The notes under the pieces: model-generated
What the model saw: only the letters and a program-made list of their open reading frames with translations
Databases searched by the model: none
Told to the model about the DNA's origin: nothing
Translations under genes and position numbers: made by a program
Origin: Leptolyngbyaceae cyanobacterium
GTDB taxonomy: Bacteria; Cyanobacteriota; Cyanobacteriia; Phormidesmidales; Phormidesmidaceae
Direction of reading: 5' to 3'
Assembly: GCA_050331235.1 (NCBI GenBank)
Contig: JBHJHA010000117.1
Location: forward strand, 1-39,582
Length of the DNA: 39,582 nt
Shown here: positions 37,657 through 39,582 of the stretch, piece after piece
How positions within the stretch are numbered: position 1 is the stretch's first letter
Layout of the letters: every line of letters starts with the position of its first letter

Positions 37657-37851
37657 TTAGCGGCGTTGCTGCTCAATTAAGGGCCAGAGAAATACAAAAC
37701 ACGCCAAGAAAAATAGCAAACTGCCCATAAATCCAGCCGTGTCACGGTTCTGCCAGGCCGAAACCATAAAGCAAATGGCAGAGCCGATGAAAATTATCCA
37801 CCCAGCTATTTGGATTTTTTGTAAAGCTGCTTGCTTAGGGGAAATAGCCAT
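37657..37851 (-). CDS. Small (64 aa) two-helix membrane protein
   Basis: MAISPKQ...GWIIFIGSAICF...DTAGFMGSLLFFLACFVFLWPL; the track's 42-codon N-terminal extension looks non-coding. Confidence 0.7.
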   Translation of the reverse strand: MAISPKQAALQKIQIAGWIIFIGSAICFMVSAWQNRDTAGFMGSLLFFLACFVFLWPLIEQQRR

Positions 37852-37987
37852 TGATTCAATCTTGTCTATAACAGGCTGATGTTGTAGCGACACTATGTCA
37901 AAACGCTGATGCTGATAAAGCAAAGCATAGCCTGCTTTTTGCTTGTCAACTGTCCAGGTCTCAATCGCATCTATCACTTGCAGTCCA

Positions 37988-38018
37988 ACAAAAAGCCCCT
38001 AGGAAAACTCTAGGGGCT
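37988..38018 (-). terminator. Rho-independent terminator of psbDC
   Basis: Minus strand AGCCCCTAG-agttttc-CTAGGGGCT followed by a T run. Confidence 0.88.
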
Positions 38019-38050
38019 ACAAGTGATAGATGAGTTACTCAACTATCGGT

Positions 38051-39582
<1,532 letters not shown>

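Overview
Cyanobacterial chromosomal window (frequent HIP1 GCGATCGC octamers; psbDC, psaK, panC-cmk fusion, ftsQZ), with most genes on the minus strand. Left third (1-15 kb): two tandem genes for acidic cadherin/Ig-repeat surface proteins, a complete ~4,200 aa DUF4347-headed giant and the 5' part of a second one that the ORF track missed. Each sits behind a 1-1.4 kb non-coding leader. Middle: ugd plus UDP-glucuronate decarboxylase, an M16 peptidase pair, then a compact five-gene accessory cluster (22.2-27.6 kb): DarB/StlD-type ketosynthase III fused to a heme-oxygenase-like diiron domain, a translationally coupled DUF6999-like protein, YiaA, a Coq4-motif protein and a PAPS sulfotransferase. This cluster is the best candidate for an undescribed biosynthetic system; its sulfotransferase appears frameshifted near the 5' end. 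Right: housekeeping and photosynthesis genes (phasin-like pair, thiD with a premature stop, ftsZ, ftsQ, psaK, an orphan TpsB, panC-cmk, psbC, 3' end of psbD). No tRNA, rRNA, CRISPR array or transposase was recognised. All family calls come from motif recognition by eye, not database searches.
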